A stretch of DNA of 47,217 nt from a virus. Lineage: Duplodnaviria > Caudoviricetes. How positions within the stretch are numbered: position 1 is the first letter of the stretch; each line of letters opens with the position of its first letter. A program made the translations under genes and the position numbers. The notes under the pieces are model-generated. The model saw only the letters and a list, made by a program, of their open reading frames with translations, had not been told where the DNA came from and did no database searches. This document shows, piece by piece, positions 37,375-46,379 of this stretch. The stretch covers positions 1-47,217 of IMG/VR virus record IMGVR_UViG_3300033067_002201; one strand, given 5' to 3'.

Positions 37375-37469
37375 TGGTAGTTGTCGGCCTCGGCGTTCGT
37401 CGCCGTCGCCGCCCGGCACGTTGAGGCCGGGAATTGCATGCTCCCCCCGAAGGGGGGACGGAGGACACT

Positions 37470-37928
37470 ATGGGTATCACAATGGCGCAGATCAAGGCGT
37501 TGCAGGCGATGGGCATGACCGATGCGATGCTGGACATCATCCTCAGCGGAGCTGAGGATAGCTCATCGACATCGACCACGGTCAAGGCGAGCAAGCCTTC
37601 GGCGAAGCCGAAGGCAGTTGAGCCGAAGCCGATCGCTGTCGTACTGCCGAAGGCAGTACGCAAAGCCGAAAAAGCCAAGCAGTACGTCAAGCTGTCCGCC
37701 GAAGCCACGGAGTGGCTTAGGGAGCGCTACTTGGAGACCAAGCGCACTGGCGAGTATGACAAGGCGATGCGCTTGTTCGGGTTCTCATCGCCCTTCACGC
37801 TTGGCAAGATGGCGAAATACGGTGCTGGGTATCCGAAGGATACCCAAACGGTCGAGACGATGTTCGCCGCATCAGGCAAGGCGAGCGTTATAACCAAGCG
37901 CATAGTGCGCCGCAAGAAGAGCGCTTAA
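37470..37928 (+). CDS. first early gene, basic hypothetical protein
   Basis: RBS GGAGG, preceded by CCCCCC-GAA-GGGGGG hairpin; K/P-rich linker. Confidence 0.7.
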   Translation: MGITMAQIKALQAMGMTDAMLDIILSGAEDSSSTSTTVKASKPSAKPKAVEPKPIAVVLPKAVRKAEKAKQYVKLSAEATEWLRERYLETKRTGEYDKAMRLFGFSSPFTLGKMAKYGAGYPKDTQTVETMFAASGKASVITKRIVRRKKSA

Positions 37929-38006
37929 CGCAGAGGACACGGTGTCCGTAGGACACCGTGCAATGCGGCAAGCATGGTTCCAAGCCCATGCACCTGTCTT
38001 TGACAG

Positions 38007-38022
38007 AGGCACGCACATTGCA
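38007..38022 (+). promoter_or_regulatory. second sigma54-like promoter
   Basis: AGGCAC-GCACA-TTGCA with correct GG/GC spacing, intergenic. Confidence 0.45.
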
Positions 38023-38054
38023 AACGTGTGCACATGCACACACAGGAGCGCACG

Positions 38055-38414
38055 ATGGACAATTCCACAATCAGCAACATGGGCGTTGACGAACTGGACT
38101 TCATCCCAACGGCACCGCTTTATGCCAGCATCAATGGCGCGGGCTATGCCATCATCGCCTATCGCAAGTTCGGCCACAACATCGGCATCACCCGCACTGG
38201 TGATGCCATCATCCTCGACGGTGAATCGCCCGACCTGCCCGTCATCAGGCATGATCTGGTCAGCGTCGAGCTGTGCTTCAACGTGAGCAACCTGATATGC
38301 GCTGAACACACCGATGCGTTCTTCCCCGATGACCGCGCACTTCCCGTTGCCGACTTCCTCAACGCCTACGTTGAGGCCGGTATCCCAGTCCACAAGCTGT
38401 CCGACCTGCGCTAG
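38055..38414 (+). CDS. hypothetical early protein
   Basis: RBS AGGAG; phage-like codon usage. Confidence 0.65.
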   Translation: MDNSTISNMGVDELDFIPTAPLYASINGAGYAIIAYRKFGHNIGITRTGDAIILDGESPDLPVIRHDLVSVELCFNVSNLICAEHTDAFFPDDRALPVADFLNAYVEAGIPVHKLSDLR

Positions 38415-38510
38415 ACCACAAAGCTAGGGCACCGCGCATGGTGCCCCTGCTTGGTTGCCTAGCAACCGCATTGCAAAGCAGTCACCACGCATGGTGACAG
38501 GGAGAATCCA

Positions 38511-38699
38511 ATGACCATCGAACAGCTCAACGCACGTGCCGCTGAGGAACTTGACCTTGCACTTGATGCTTGGTCGCATCACAACCGCGCAGGCTATCGC
38601 CTTCACCTCAACATCAGCGATATGTACGTTGCCAAAGCGCGCCTGATGACCCGCGTTGTCGCCGAACGCACCGCCATACTGCGTGGTGCATCATGCTGA
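38511..38699 (+). CDS. hypothetical early protein
   Basis: RBS GGGAG. Confidence 0.6.
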   Translation: MTIEQLNARAAEELDLALDAWSHHNRAGYRLHLNISDMYVAKARLMTRVVAERTAILRGASC

Positions 38700-38884
38700 G
38701 CACTATGCCCGAAGGCGCTCACGCCATGGTTCAGCAAGCCTTCCACACCAAGCACCTTGCGCTGATGGCGCGGGCATCAGGTGATGAGGCTGGCTACTAC
38801 GAACACATCACCCGCTATGAATCCATGCTCGCAGTGCTTTCAGCACTGAACGACTCGCTCAAACTGAAACGGAGGCACGCATGA
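38693..38884 (+). CDS. hypothetical early protein
   Basis: Overlap-coupled ORF MLSTMPEG... Confidence 0.55.
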   Translation: MLSTMPEGAHAMVQQAFHTKHLALMARASGDEAGYYEHITRYESMLAVLSALNDSLKLKRRHA

Positions 38885-39045
38885 TCACGTTCGACCAGTT
38901 CATCCACCTGCTGTACATCAATGGCTACGATGCCGGCACCGACAAGCGCGATTTCTGGCGCGACCAGTTCAATCGCTACCAGCGTGGCGAGAGAGGCATC
39001 GCCATGCACGATGGCACCCTCGTCCTGCTGAGCATGGCCGCCTGA
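38881..39045 (+). CDS. hypothetical early protein (54 aa, below the ORF-track cutoff)
   Basis: RBS GGAGG, ATGA overlap; MITFDQFIHLLYINGYD...LSMAA. Confidence 0.55.
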   Translation: MITFDQFIHLLYINGYDAGTDKRDFWRDQFNRYQRGERGIAMHDGTLVLLSMAA

Positions 39046-39133
39046 CCGAGCCATCAGGCTAGTGCACTGGCACCTGCCAGTGCGCCTGCTTGATCGCTTG
39101 TGCGATCACATTCCAAACCATCGGAGGCTCATC

Positions 39134-39301
39134 ATGCGTGACACGTACACGTTGGAGCAATTTCTGTTTGACTGGGGACTGAAACCAGCCACCATCGAAG
39201 CCGAGCGCAGGCGCTTGGCCTTCGTCATCGCTGGCATCCTGCCAGCCACCGTCCTCGACCGGCGCACCTATGACTGGGCGCGTGTCAGGGGGCAGGTATG
39301 A
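39134..39301 (+). CDS. hypothetical early protein
   Basis: RBS GGAGG; MRDTYTLEQ... Confidence 0.55.
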   Translation: MRDTYTLEQFLFDWGLKPATIEAERRRLAFVIAGILPATVLDRRTYDWARVRGQV

Positions 39302-39543
39302 CCATCGACCAAGCGCGCTCGCTGAAGAAAGGCGACATCATCCATCACCTGTCGCTGAAGAATGCTGATGGATCACCCATGCGGGCTAAGGTCACCAGCG
39401 TCATCCAGTTCAAGCGCCAGCCCGGGCGCATCGATGTCCACGTCAAGCATGGCATGTATGACTTCGCCATCTTTGACGAGACTACCATCGACAGCATCCA
39501 GCCGGGCGATGGCCGGCCATCCAGACACGGGGGCGATGAATGA
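39298..39543 (+). CDS. hypothetical early protein
   Basis: ATGA-coupled. Confidence 0.6.
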   Translation: MTIDQARSLKKGDIIHHLSLKNADGSPMRAKVTSVIQFKRQPGRIDVHVKHGMYDFAIFDETTIDSIQPGDGRPSRHGGDE

Positions 39544-39782
39544 TAACCCTCCGCTACCCCAACAACATCACTCGCGAGGCGCTGTTGCTCTACCTCGACA
39601 GCACGTTCCGTTGGGCTACCGCCCGCAACGATGTCGATCTCACCATCGTGCCCGATTACGGCACCCAAGACAGCGACTTGCACAAGGACTTCATCGGCAC
39701 CATCAAGATCGATGGCGTCAATGCAATCACACTTGGTGCCCATTGGAGTGAATCCATGGGCAAGTACCTGCTTCACTCGTGA
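39540..39782 (+). CDS. hypothetical early protein
   Basis: ATGA-coupled. Confidence 0.6.
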   Translation: MITLRYPNNITREALLLYLDSTFRWATARNDVDLTIVPDYGTQDSDLHKDFIGTIKIDGVNAITLGAHWSESMGKYLLHS

Positions 39783-39794
39783 AAGGAGCATCCA

Positions 39795-40121
39795 ATGAGT
39801 GCTGACCAGAATCTCAACAGCGTACTGATTGAAGGCACAATCCTTGAGCCTGTCACCGTGCACAAGTATGACACCTACACCTATCATGTCATCAGGCTGA
39901 GGGTAGGCAAGCCTCATGAGTGCGAGGTAATCATCACATCGATGGCGAGATACGCCATCCTGCCGGTACTGAAACCCGGCGACCCGATACGTATTGTCGG
40001 CTATCTCCATGGTTTCGACCAGCGCATGACTGTACAAGCTCAGCACATCGAGCGGCTTGTGCCGTCCGCTACCACCCAACCACCCGCTGTTAATGACAGC
40101 GAACCCCAGCAGGAACCTTGA
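39795..40121 (+). CDS. ssb: single-stranded DNA-binding protein (short OB fold)
   Basis: NLNSVLIEG...L-PG--IRIVG-L...V-AQHIE resembles bacterial SSB, especially spirochaete-type short SSBs. Confidence 0.6.
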   Translation: MSADQNLNSVLIEGTILEPVTVHKYDTYTYHVIRLRVGKPHECEVIITSMARYAILPVLKPGDPIRIVGYLHGFDQRMTVQAQHIERLVPSATTQPPAVNDSEPQQEP

Positions 40122-40167
40122 CCATCAGCCGGGCGTATGCCCGGCCATTGCAAGAGAGGAGCAACCA

Positions 40168-40560
40168 ATGAGTCGCAAACGCACACTTGAATCCGACTTT
40201 ATCGCCGCACTTCAGCTAGGCTATGACCCATCAGATCCGAGCGCCTTCGCGGTGAAGGCCAACTGGAAGCGCGTCAGCAAATCCTACTTCCAGTCCCTCG
40301 TACATGGCCTCAACCTGCGTACTGCCAACACATGGTACAACTCAGGTGGTACTGCCTGCTCAGGCGACATCAACCTGCAGGTGATGGGCGATACCAAAGG
40401 CTTCCACCTGTTCGGCAACCTTGACGGTATGAACTTCTTCATCATCCGCCCCATCGCCTATCTCGGTGACTACACCGGCGGAACCAACCGCCAGCTCTAC
40501 ATCGAGGACATGAGGCTGAAGCCCCTGCTTGCCATCCTCCGCACGTACTTGGACAGGTGA
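40168..40560 (+). CDS. hypothetical early protein
   Basis: RBS GAGGAG; NSGG-A-SGD and DYTGG-N motifs. Confidence 0.65.
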   Translation: MSRKRTLESDFIAALQLGYDPSDPSAFAVKANWKRVSKSYFQSLVHGLNLRTANTWYNSGGTACSGDINLQVMGDTKGFHLFGNLDGMNFFIIRPIAYLGDYTGGTNRQLYIEDMRLKPLLAILRTYLDR

Positions 40561-40564
40561 GCAT

Positions 40565-40783
40565 ATGGCAACCTCACGCATCCTAGCCATTGACCAGTAT
40601 GGCAACAGTCATCGTCTCACAGGCAAGCACCCGCGCAAGGAACTCATCGAACGGTTGGGTGCATCGAACGCAAGCAAGATGTATGAAGACCACATCGATG
40701 GCAAAACCTACCACGTAGGCTACGTCATCGACGGTGCATGGTACAAGTTCTACACGGTGACACCGTGGGAAAAGGAGCAATGA
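40565..40783 (+). CDS. hypothetical early protein
   Basis: IDQYG...HPRKEL...KMY-D--DG--YHVGYVI. Confidence 0.65.
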   Translation: MATSRILAIDQYGNSHRLTGKHPRKELIERLGASNASKMYEDHIDGKTYHVGYVIDGAWYKFYTVTPWEKEQ

Positions 40784-40784
40784 C

Positions 40785-41117
40785 ATGGGCTATCGCTCAG
40801 ACTTCCGACTTGTCAGCGCACACGATGAAGAAACAACGCAAGCCATCATCGAGTGGGCTAAAGCACAAACTGATCCTGACTTGACATTCTACTTCACACA
40901 GCTGTTTGAGAATAACTACCTGTATGACATGAAGTGGTACGAGCATGAACGGGATATGGCAACACTATCCAAAGCCTTTCCCGATGAGAAGTTCATCATC
41001 GAGGTTGAAGGGGAAGGAAAGGACGATCAGTGGGCGAGTTACTCCCTGCACGGTGAGTGCCGTATCATCGTAGCATCCATCGTCTGGCCGTCCGATCCGT
41101 TCGAGGAGGAAGCATGA
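40785..41117 (+). CDS. hypothetical early protein
   Basis: MGYRS...KWY...LSK-FP...GE--DD, a common phage early-gene pattern. Confidence 0.65.
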   Translation: MGYRSDFRLVSAHDEETTQAIIEWAKAQTDPDLTFYFTQLFENNYLYDMKWYEHERDMATLSKAFPDEKFIIEVEGEGKDDQWASYSLHGECRIIVASIVWPSDPFEEEA

Positions 41118-41725
41118 TTGTACCAGTACCGCCCCCGCTTCATGTGAGCTGGGGCAACAAGAAGATCGGCCGAACCATGAACATCTCGCTACCGCCGATC
41201 ATCACCTGCGAGCCTGACCCACCCTGCGCAGTCAAGTGTTATGCCAAGTCGAGCTACAACAACTACCCGCAGACACACACTGCGTGGCTCGACAACTACC
41301 TGCTCTGGAAGGGCTGGCCTGACATATTCGAGCGCAAGCTGAACGAGGCCATCCGCAAGCGCAAGACCAACTGGTTCAGGTGGCACGTTGGCGGTGACAT
41401 ACCCGATCCCCTCTACTTCACCATGATGGAACGGGTGGCAGAGACTTACTTCAACGTGTACTTTCTCTGCTTCACCCGCAAGGGTTATCGCTCGAACATA
41501 AAGAACCTGACCATCATCCGCTCCCACTGGATAGGTGAGGAGCTTAACCATCAAGACCAAGCGCAAGCGATGGTGCTTGATCGTCACCAGTTGCCGCCGA
41601 AAGATGCCTTCCACTGCCCGGGCGAGTGTGAGACTTGCCGCAAGTGCTGGTGTCTGGAAGCAGGCGAAACCGTCGCCTTCACCCTGCATGGGAACGGTTA
41701 CAGGAGCGCGCATGGCAAGCGTTGA
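41114..41725 (+). CDS. GP88-family (radical SAM-like) protein
   Basis: GN-KIG...SLP---TC-----C---CYA, FRWHVGGD, FTR, CPG-C--C-KCW. Confidence 0.75.
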   Translation: MIVPVPPPLHVSWGNKKIGRTMNISLPPIITCEPDPPCAVKCYAKSSYNNYPQTHTAWLDNYLLWKGWPDIFERKLNEAIRKRKTNWFRWHVGGDIPDPLYFTMMERVAETYFNVYFLCFTRKGYRSNIKNLTIIRSHWIGEELNHQDQAQAMVLDRHQLPPKDAFHCPGECETCRKCWCLEAGETVAFTLHGNGYRSAHGKR

Positions 41726-42002
41726 GTTTACATTCAAGGGCTTGCACCTGCTGGTGACCGGCACCTACACACCCGGCACCAAGCATGGTGATCCACCCGA
41801 TGGTTCAGACCTCGACATAACCAAGATCGAGGCGCTTGGTGAGAACAGGCACGCTATTGATATGACCGACTTCTTCGGTTCGGATGTATGCGGCAGGTCA
41901 CGGGTGCTGAGCAATGACAAGACACCCACCTACCGGTACTATGATTTGCTCAATGCCATATGGCAGACAGCACTGGACAATCTCGATGAAAGGAAGTACT
42001 GA
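41712..42002 (+). CDS. hypothetical early protein
   Basis: RBS AGGAG; MASVEFTFKG... Confidence 0.6.
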   Translation: MASVEFTFKGLHLLVTGTYTPGTKHGDPPDGSDLDITKIEALGENRHAIDMTDFFGSDVCGRSRVLSNDKTPTYRYYDLLNAIWQTALDNLDERKY

Positions 42003-42003
42003 C

Positions 42004-42462
42004 ATGGGAACATTCATGTACAACGCTGAGGTAGACATTGAGATCGACTGCGAGGAAGCGCTCGAATCCATCAAGAACGAGTGGGGCATGGACAGACTGG
42101 TCGAGAACCTCATCTACCTCGACGAGGATGAGTTCAAACAAGCACTACCCTCTGAGTATGGCAACTCCGACATCGAAGATGTCGTCAAGCGCGTTGGCAT
42201 ACCGACAGTCATCAATGCCTGCATTGAACGCACCGTCGATGGTACACTCGACGCAATCAAGAACGAGCTGTCACCTGAGAAAATCAGGGATCTGTTCGAC
42301 ATCGACACCGAGCTGAACGCACTCGACCCCGACTACGTAGTTGACTGGCTTGTTACTCGGCCTGCGATGGTCGATGCTGTCATCCAGAAAGCCGACCTGC
42401 TCGACCTGCTCATGCGTGTCATGAAGCGGGTTGTCGAGGAAAGCATAAAGGCGAAAGAGTAG
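42004..42462 (+). CDS. acidic hypothetical protein
   Basis: Very D/E-rich, helical. Confidence 0.65.
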   Translation: MGTFMYNAEVDIEIDCEEALESIKNEWGMDRLVENLIYLDEDEFKQALPSEYGNSDIEDVVKRVGIPTVINACIERTVDGTLDAIKNELSPEKIRDLFDIDTELNALDPDYVVDWLVTRPAMVDAVIQKADLLDLLMRVMKRVVEESIKAKE

Positions 42463-42511
42463 CTTGAAAGCGGGGGCGTATGCCCCCGCATCACATTGCA
42501 AGGAGCAACAC

Positions 42512-43468
42512 ATGAGCGCAGAAGTAGAGAGCCTTTACCTGAACAAGGAACCCGCGTGGCATGGCCTCGGCAACATCAGCAAGGAGGCACTCACCAGTGC
42601 CGACACCATCCTCACCGCCGGCCTTGACTGGCTCGTCGAGAAGCGGCAGATCCTGTACGAGTGCGGCGAGGAAGTCGCCGACTTCCCCGGTCAGTACGCA
42701 ACCGTCAGGGCAACGGATGATATGCCACTCGGCATCGTCAGCGACCGCTACTCCATCGTCCAGAACCATGAGGCATTCAAGTGGATCGACCAGCTACTCG
42801 GCGAGGGCATCACCTTCGAGTCGGCTGGCTCGCTCAAGAACGGCAAGCTCGTCTTCATCCTAGCCCATATGCCTGCACAGCAGATACTCGGTGACGAGAT
42901 CAGGCCGTACTTCATGTTCTCAAACTGGCATGACGGCACCGGCACGATGGACGAGTGCCTAACCGCTGTCCGTGTAGTCTGCTGGAACACGTGGAACGCC
43001 GCGATGAAGGGTGCCAGTCGCAAGTTCTCCGTCCGCCACACCGGCGACATGGAAGACAAGCAGAAGAACGTGGCGCAGACGCTGAAGATCAGCTCCGACT
43101 ACATGGACAGGCTGGCGATGACTGCGGAGACACTCGAGCAGACCCGTGTAAGCAAGCCTCAGGTTCTCGACATTATCAATCAGGTCTGGCCTGAACTGAA
43201 ACCCGAGGAGCAGACACCGAGGAAGATCGCAAACCGCGAAGCGATACTCCAGCAGTTCGCAACCGCACTTAAAGCCGACGACCTCTCGAAGTTCAGGGGA
43301 ACGGCATGGTGCCTACAGCAGGCGATTGCCGCCTTCGACTCGCACCTCGAACCTGTCAGGCAGACGGTGATGTGGAAGGAGAACCACTTCATCAACCTGA
43401 ATGAGGGCAACGGCATCCAAGACACGTTCCTGAAAGCCATCGAGAAAGTCTGCGGAGTCGCAGTCTAA
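42512..43468 (+). CDS. DUF932 / TIGR03299 phage-plasmid protein
   Basis: AWHGLG, AGLDW-VEK, LGIVS-RY-IVQN-EAF, ESAGSL-NG, RVVC-NT, RHTG, GTAW. Confidence 0.9.
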   Translation: MSAEVESLYLNKEPAWHGLGNISKEALTSADTILTAGLDWLVEKRQILYECGEEVADFPGQYATVRATDDMPLGIVSDRYSIVQNHEAFKWIDQLLGEGITFESAGSLKNGKLVFILAHMPAQQILGDEIRPYFMFSNWHDGTGTMDECLTAVRVVCWNTWNAAMKGASRKFSVRHTGDMEDKQKNVAQTLKISSDYMDRLAMTAETLEQTRVSKPQVLDIINQVWPELKPEEQTPRKIANREAILQQFATALKADDLSKFRGTAWCLQQAIAAFDSHLEPVRQTVMWKENHFINLNEGNGIQDTFLKAIEKVCGVAV

Positions 43469-43515
43469 CCAACAACCGGCGTTGCCCCGGCCATACGGGG
43501 CAGAAAGAAAACCAC

Positions 43516-44106
43516 ATGAAACTCTACAAAGGCATCCGCGCCGACATCGCGACCAAGGCTGTTGACTTCTATATTCCCCGCACCCACTCGGACGATACCT
43601 ACAAGGCGCTCGCTGACGACCTGTGCAGGGATGTCATCAGGCGAGACATGATCGATCCGGCACTGCTCAAGTTCTGGGACGAGCATCCTGAACTGCGTGA
43701 GTCCTTCAACACCAACAGGGATGTTAGGATCGCATTCAGGAACAAGGAACCAAGCGGCTACTTCAACTGGTGGGAGGGTGGCAAACACGTCATCCTGAGC
43801 CAGCCCCTGCCTGCCATCTGCGGTTTCTTTGACCTCAGTATGGAGGATTACCCCAACATCTGCCTCCGCTTCAAGGAAGAATCAAAGCTCGATGAGCAGA
43901 ACAAGGACAAGCGCAAGGCTCTCAAGGAGCGGCTGATGGACGTGCTCAACTCATGCAACACCAGTAAGCAACTGCTTGAGATCATGCCTGAGCTGGGTCA
44001 GTTCCTTCCTGTCGAGGGCAACCCTGCTCCTGTCCCTGTCAGTGTCTACGAGAACCTCAAGCGTGACCTGCAGATGCTGGCACAGCAGAAAGAGCAAGCG
44101 AGCTGA
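43516..44106 (+). CDS. Nmad5-like (nucleotide modification-associated domain 5) protein
   Basis: C-terminal L--VLNSCNT-KQLLE--PEL--FLP motif. Confidence 0.6.
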   Translation: MKLYKGIRADIATKAVDFYIPRTHSDDTYKALADDLCRDVIRRDMIDPALLKFWDEHPELRESFNTNRDVRIAFRNKEPSGYFNWWEGGKHVILSQPLPAICGFFDLSMEDYPNICLRFKEESKLDEQNKDKRKALKERLMDVLNSCNTSKQLLEIMPELGQFLPVEGNPAPVPVSVYENLKRDLQMLAQQKEQAS

Positions 44107-44109
44107 GAA

Positions 44110-44205
44110 ATGATAGCAGTCTTTGTACTGTGCTTCATCGTAACGATCATGGCGTTGTCTTTCTTTTTTGGTACGTTATCAACTGATAAGGAGGCAGGGG
44201 AATGA
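44110..44205 (+). CDS. small hydrophobic membrane peptide (31 aa)
   Basis: MIAVFVLCFIVTIMALSFFFG...; ATGA overlap with the next gene. Confidence 0.45.
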   Translation: MIAVFVLCFIVTIMALSFFFGTLSTDKEAGE

Positions 44206-44441
44206 AAGTGATGACTGAGGACGAATTGAAAGCTTTCGCCGACGAGATACGGAGGGAGTGCGCGGGCGAGTGCAACTGGAGAGAGATCGAAGACCTTGAC
44301 GATACGTTATGGACGACTTCATGCGGCGGCGAATGGTATTTTGAGCCGGGGGACCCAAAGGAAAGCGGATATACCTACTGCCCAAAGTGTGGCAAGCGCA
44401 TAAAGTTCGCCGCCATCACGGGCAAGGAGGCAGTGGAATGA
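44202..44441 (+). CDS. Zn-ribbon protein
   Basis: TSCG...YCPKCG. Confidence 0.65.
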   Translation: MKVMTEDELKAFADEIRRECAGECNWREIEDLDDTLWTTSCGGEWYFEPGDPKESGYTYCPKCGKRIKFAAITGKEAVE

Positions 44442-44665
44442 TTGAAGTAAAATGCGACAAATGTGGTGGCACCGAGTTTTTTAGTTTGTGCGCCAACTGC
44501 AACGCCGAACTTATGGACAAAACAAACGCCATGCGCGACGCTTTGGAGAGGGTTGCGAAGATATATGAAGACAACATCGACTCTCCGATAGCAAACTTTG
44601 CCGGGTACGCCTATGCCATGAGATGCATAGCCCGGTCTGCGATTGGCAAGGAGGCGGGGGGATGA
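44438..44665 (+). CDS. Zn-ribbon protein
   Basis: CDKCGG...CANC; RBS GGAGG. Confidence 0.6.
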   Translation: MIEVKCDKCGGTEFFSLCANCNAELMDKTNAMRDALERVAKIYEDNIDSPIANFAGYAYAMRCIARSAIGKEAGG

Positions 44666-44756
44666 TCCCACCCCATCCGGTTCTCGCCATCGTGAGCCTG
44701 TGGTTATCGTTCATACTCATGCTTCTATACTTTGGAAGCGACAGGAGAAAACCCAA

Positions 44757-45071
44757 ATGAGGTCACGTATCGTTATCATGTTGATCACGCTGTTGGTACT
44801 GCTTCTGTGGCTCTTGTTTGTCAGAAGCCAGCTATCGCGTTCGCCCCTCGGCAATGGCTACCATACGGGTTGGCCTCCGGAGAGCGTGCCTGTGATGCTT
44901 TGGTGGATCGAGGACAATGGTACGTTGAATGGAACGTCGGCAATAAGCACAAGCTATGCCGGCGTCATCCAGTTCTCGTTGACTGGTGATCCTGTCCCGT
45001 TGACGCAGTTGTTCGACTGGGACTATTGGTCTAGCCTCGACCGCAAGCTGGTCGAAAGAAAGGATATGTGA
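44757..45071 (+). CDS. membrane-anchored hypothetical protein
   Basis: RBS AGGAG; N-terminal IVIMLITLLVLLLWLLFV. Confidence 0.6.
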   Translation: MRSRIVIMLITLLVLLLWLLFVRSQLSRSPLGNGYHTGWPPESVPVMLWWIEDNGTLNGTSAISTSYAGVIQFSLTGDPVPLTQLFDWDYWSSLDRKLVERKDM

Positions 45072-45457
45072 TGGCAAAAGATTTCGGGAAACTGCGCCGT
45101 GATCAGACGATCTATGATCAGGGCACATTCGAGGGCTACCCGTACGTTGTGGTACAAGGCCCGTTCAGCATCAACGGCTACGTTGCCGTGCCTGTCAGCC
45201 ACCCTGACTGGGGCAAGGCGTACGATGACGTGGAAATGGAGGTACATGGCGGGCTGACGTTCGGTTGCATGAACCAGCTGACAAACCCTTGGGTCGGGTT
45301 CGAGGATTACGTGGGCTGGTGGATCTTCGGGTTTGATACCAGCCATTACATGGATGACGACGGTTCTTGGACAGTCGAGGCAGTCATCAATGAAACCCAC
45401 AAGATGTGCCTGCAGTTCGCAGGAAACAAGCATCAGGCGGAAGGTGGAAAGAAATGA
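45071..45457 (+). CDS. conserved phage hypothetical protein
   Basis: GYVAVP--HP--G--YD----VHGGLTF...W-FGFDT-H motif. Confidence 0.7.
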   Translation: MAKDFGKLRRDQTIYDQGTFEGYPYVVVQGPFSINGYVAVPVSHPDWGKAYDDVEMEVHGGLTFGCMNQLTNPWVGFEDYVGWWIFGFDTSHYMDDDGSWTVEAVINETHKMCLQFAGNKHQAEGGKK

Positions 45458-45948
45458 GCATACTCAACCTCACACTGGTCTATGACAAGGATCGCATACA
45501 GAAGGGCGACACGTTGCCCGATGCCCTTGGTATCGATCCCGAGTTCATCGTCGAGGCGCACAAGCTTGTCGTCAAGAGGCGGGATGCCGTCGTCAAGAAG
45601 TCGAAGGAGGAGGAAGGCAACGACGGCACCTGCGTGTTCAACACGCTGACCGACTTCTTCGAAGCGTATGAGGCAGATCTCATCACACCGGACATGATGT
45701 TGCTCTACCTCATAGCGGGTTACACCTCAGCCATGAAGTACCCGCTCGTAAAAGCCGACGGCTTCAAGGAAGGCTTCGAGTTCGGACGCCAAACAAAAGG
45801 GATGCCGGACAGTCTGGCCGACACGCTCAAGGATGCGATCATGGGCAGGATCACGGACGGCGCATCATTCGTCCCTGCTAAGGAGGGTTCCATGGGTGGC
45901 AGGTTTCTTAAGTCACTGAAGGATTTGGCGGAAGGAGCACAAGGATGA
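45454..45948 (+). CDS. hypothetical protein
   Basis: ATGA-coupled ORF. Confidence 0.6.
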   Translation: MSILNLTLVYDKDRIQKGDTLPDALGIDPEFIVEAHKLVVKRRDAVVKKSKEEEGNDGTCVFNTLTDFFEAYEADLITPDMMLLYLIAGYTSAMKYPLVKADGFKEGFEFGRQTKGMPDSLADTLKDAIMGRITDGASFVPAKEGSMGGRFLKSLKDLAEGAQG

Positions 45949-46265
45949 GCAAGGATCAGATCAAGGCCGCATACGAGCAGTACACACTGCTTCAGGCAAG
46001 CATCAAGGAAATGAAAGCGGCACTCGGTTCTCTCGAGAAAGAGCGGGACGTGCATGAGGCCGTACTCCTGAAAGGGATCAAGCCGAACGAATCGAAGAGC
46101 GGTGTGTTCCACAAGCAGACGGTGACAAAGAGCGTCAAGTATGCTCAGGTGCTGGCACAGGCAAGGGAGCGGTTCATTCCGAAGACCAAACAGCAGGAGC
46201 TTGACGTGCTGATCGAGAACTTCACGACCGTCAGTACCCGTGACAGCTTCGAGCTGGAGGGCTGA
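45945..46265 (+). CDS. hypothetical coiled-coil protein
   Basis: RBS GGAG; ATGA overlap. Confidence 0.65.
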   Translation: MSKDQIKAAYEQYTLLQASIKEMKAALGSLEKERDVHEAVLLKGIKPNESKSGVFHKQTVTKSVKYAQVLAQARERFIPKTKQQELDVLIENFTTVSTRDSFELEG

Positions 46266-46275
46266 TTCCAATTTC

Positions 46276-46304
46276 TTGACACCTGAAAGAAACAGGTGTA
46301 GAAT
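46276..46304 (+). promoter_or_regulatory. sigma70 promoter of the middle/replication operon with embedded operator palindrome
   Basis: TTGACA-17 bp-TAGAAT; inverted repeat ACACCTG-AAAGAAA-CAGGTGT at 46279-46299. Confidence 0.8.
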
Positions 46305-46379
46305 CTAGGTAGCTTCTTTCCCTTCAGGTGCAGGGCACGGTGGCCTTGTCAAGGTACGTTGCCCTGTATCTGGAGCTTT

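Noticed and set aside
36718-37439. Short minus-strand ORFs in the control region (36718-36954, 37203-37439)
   Set aside because: No RBS, atypical composition, and they merely translate the repeat boxes
38460-42501. Additional sigma54 promoters at 38460, 40137 and 42485
   Set aside because: TTGCA is present but the invariant -24 GG is absent at the correct spacing
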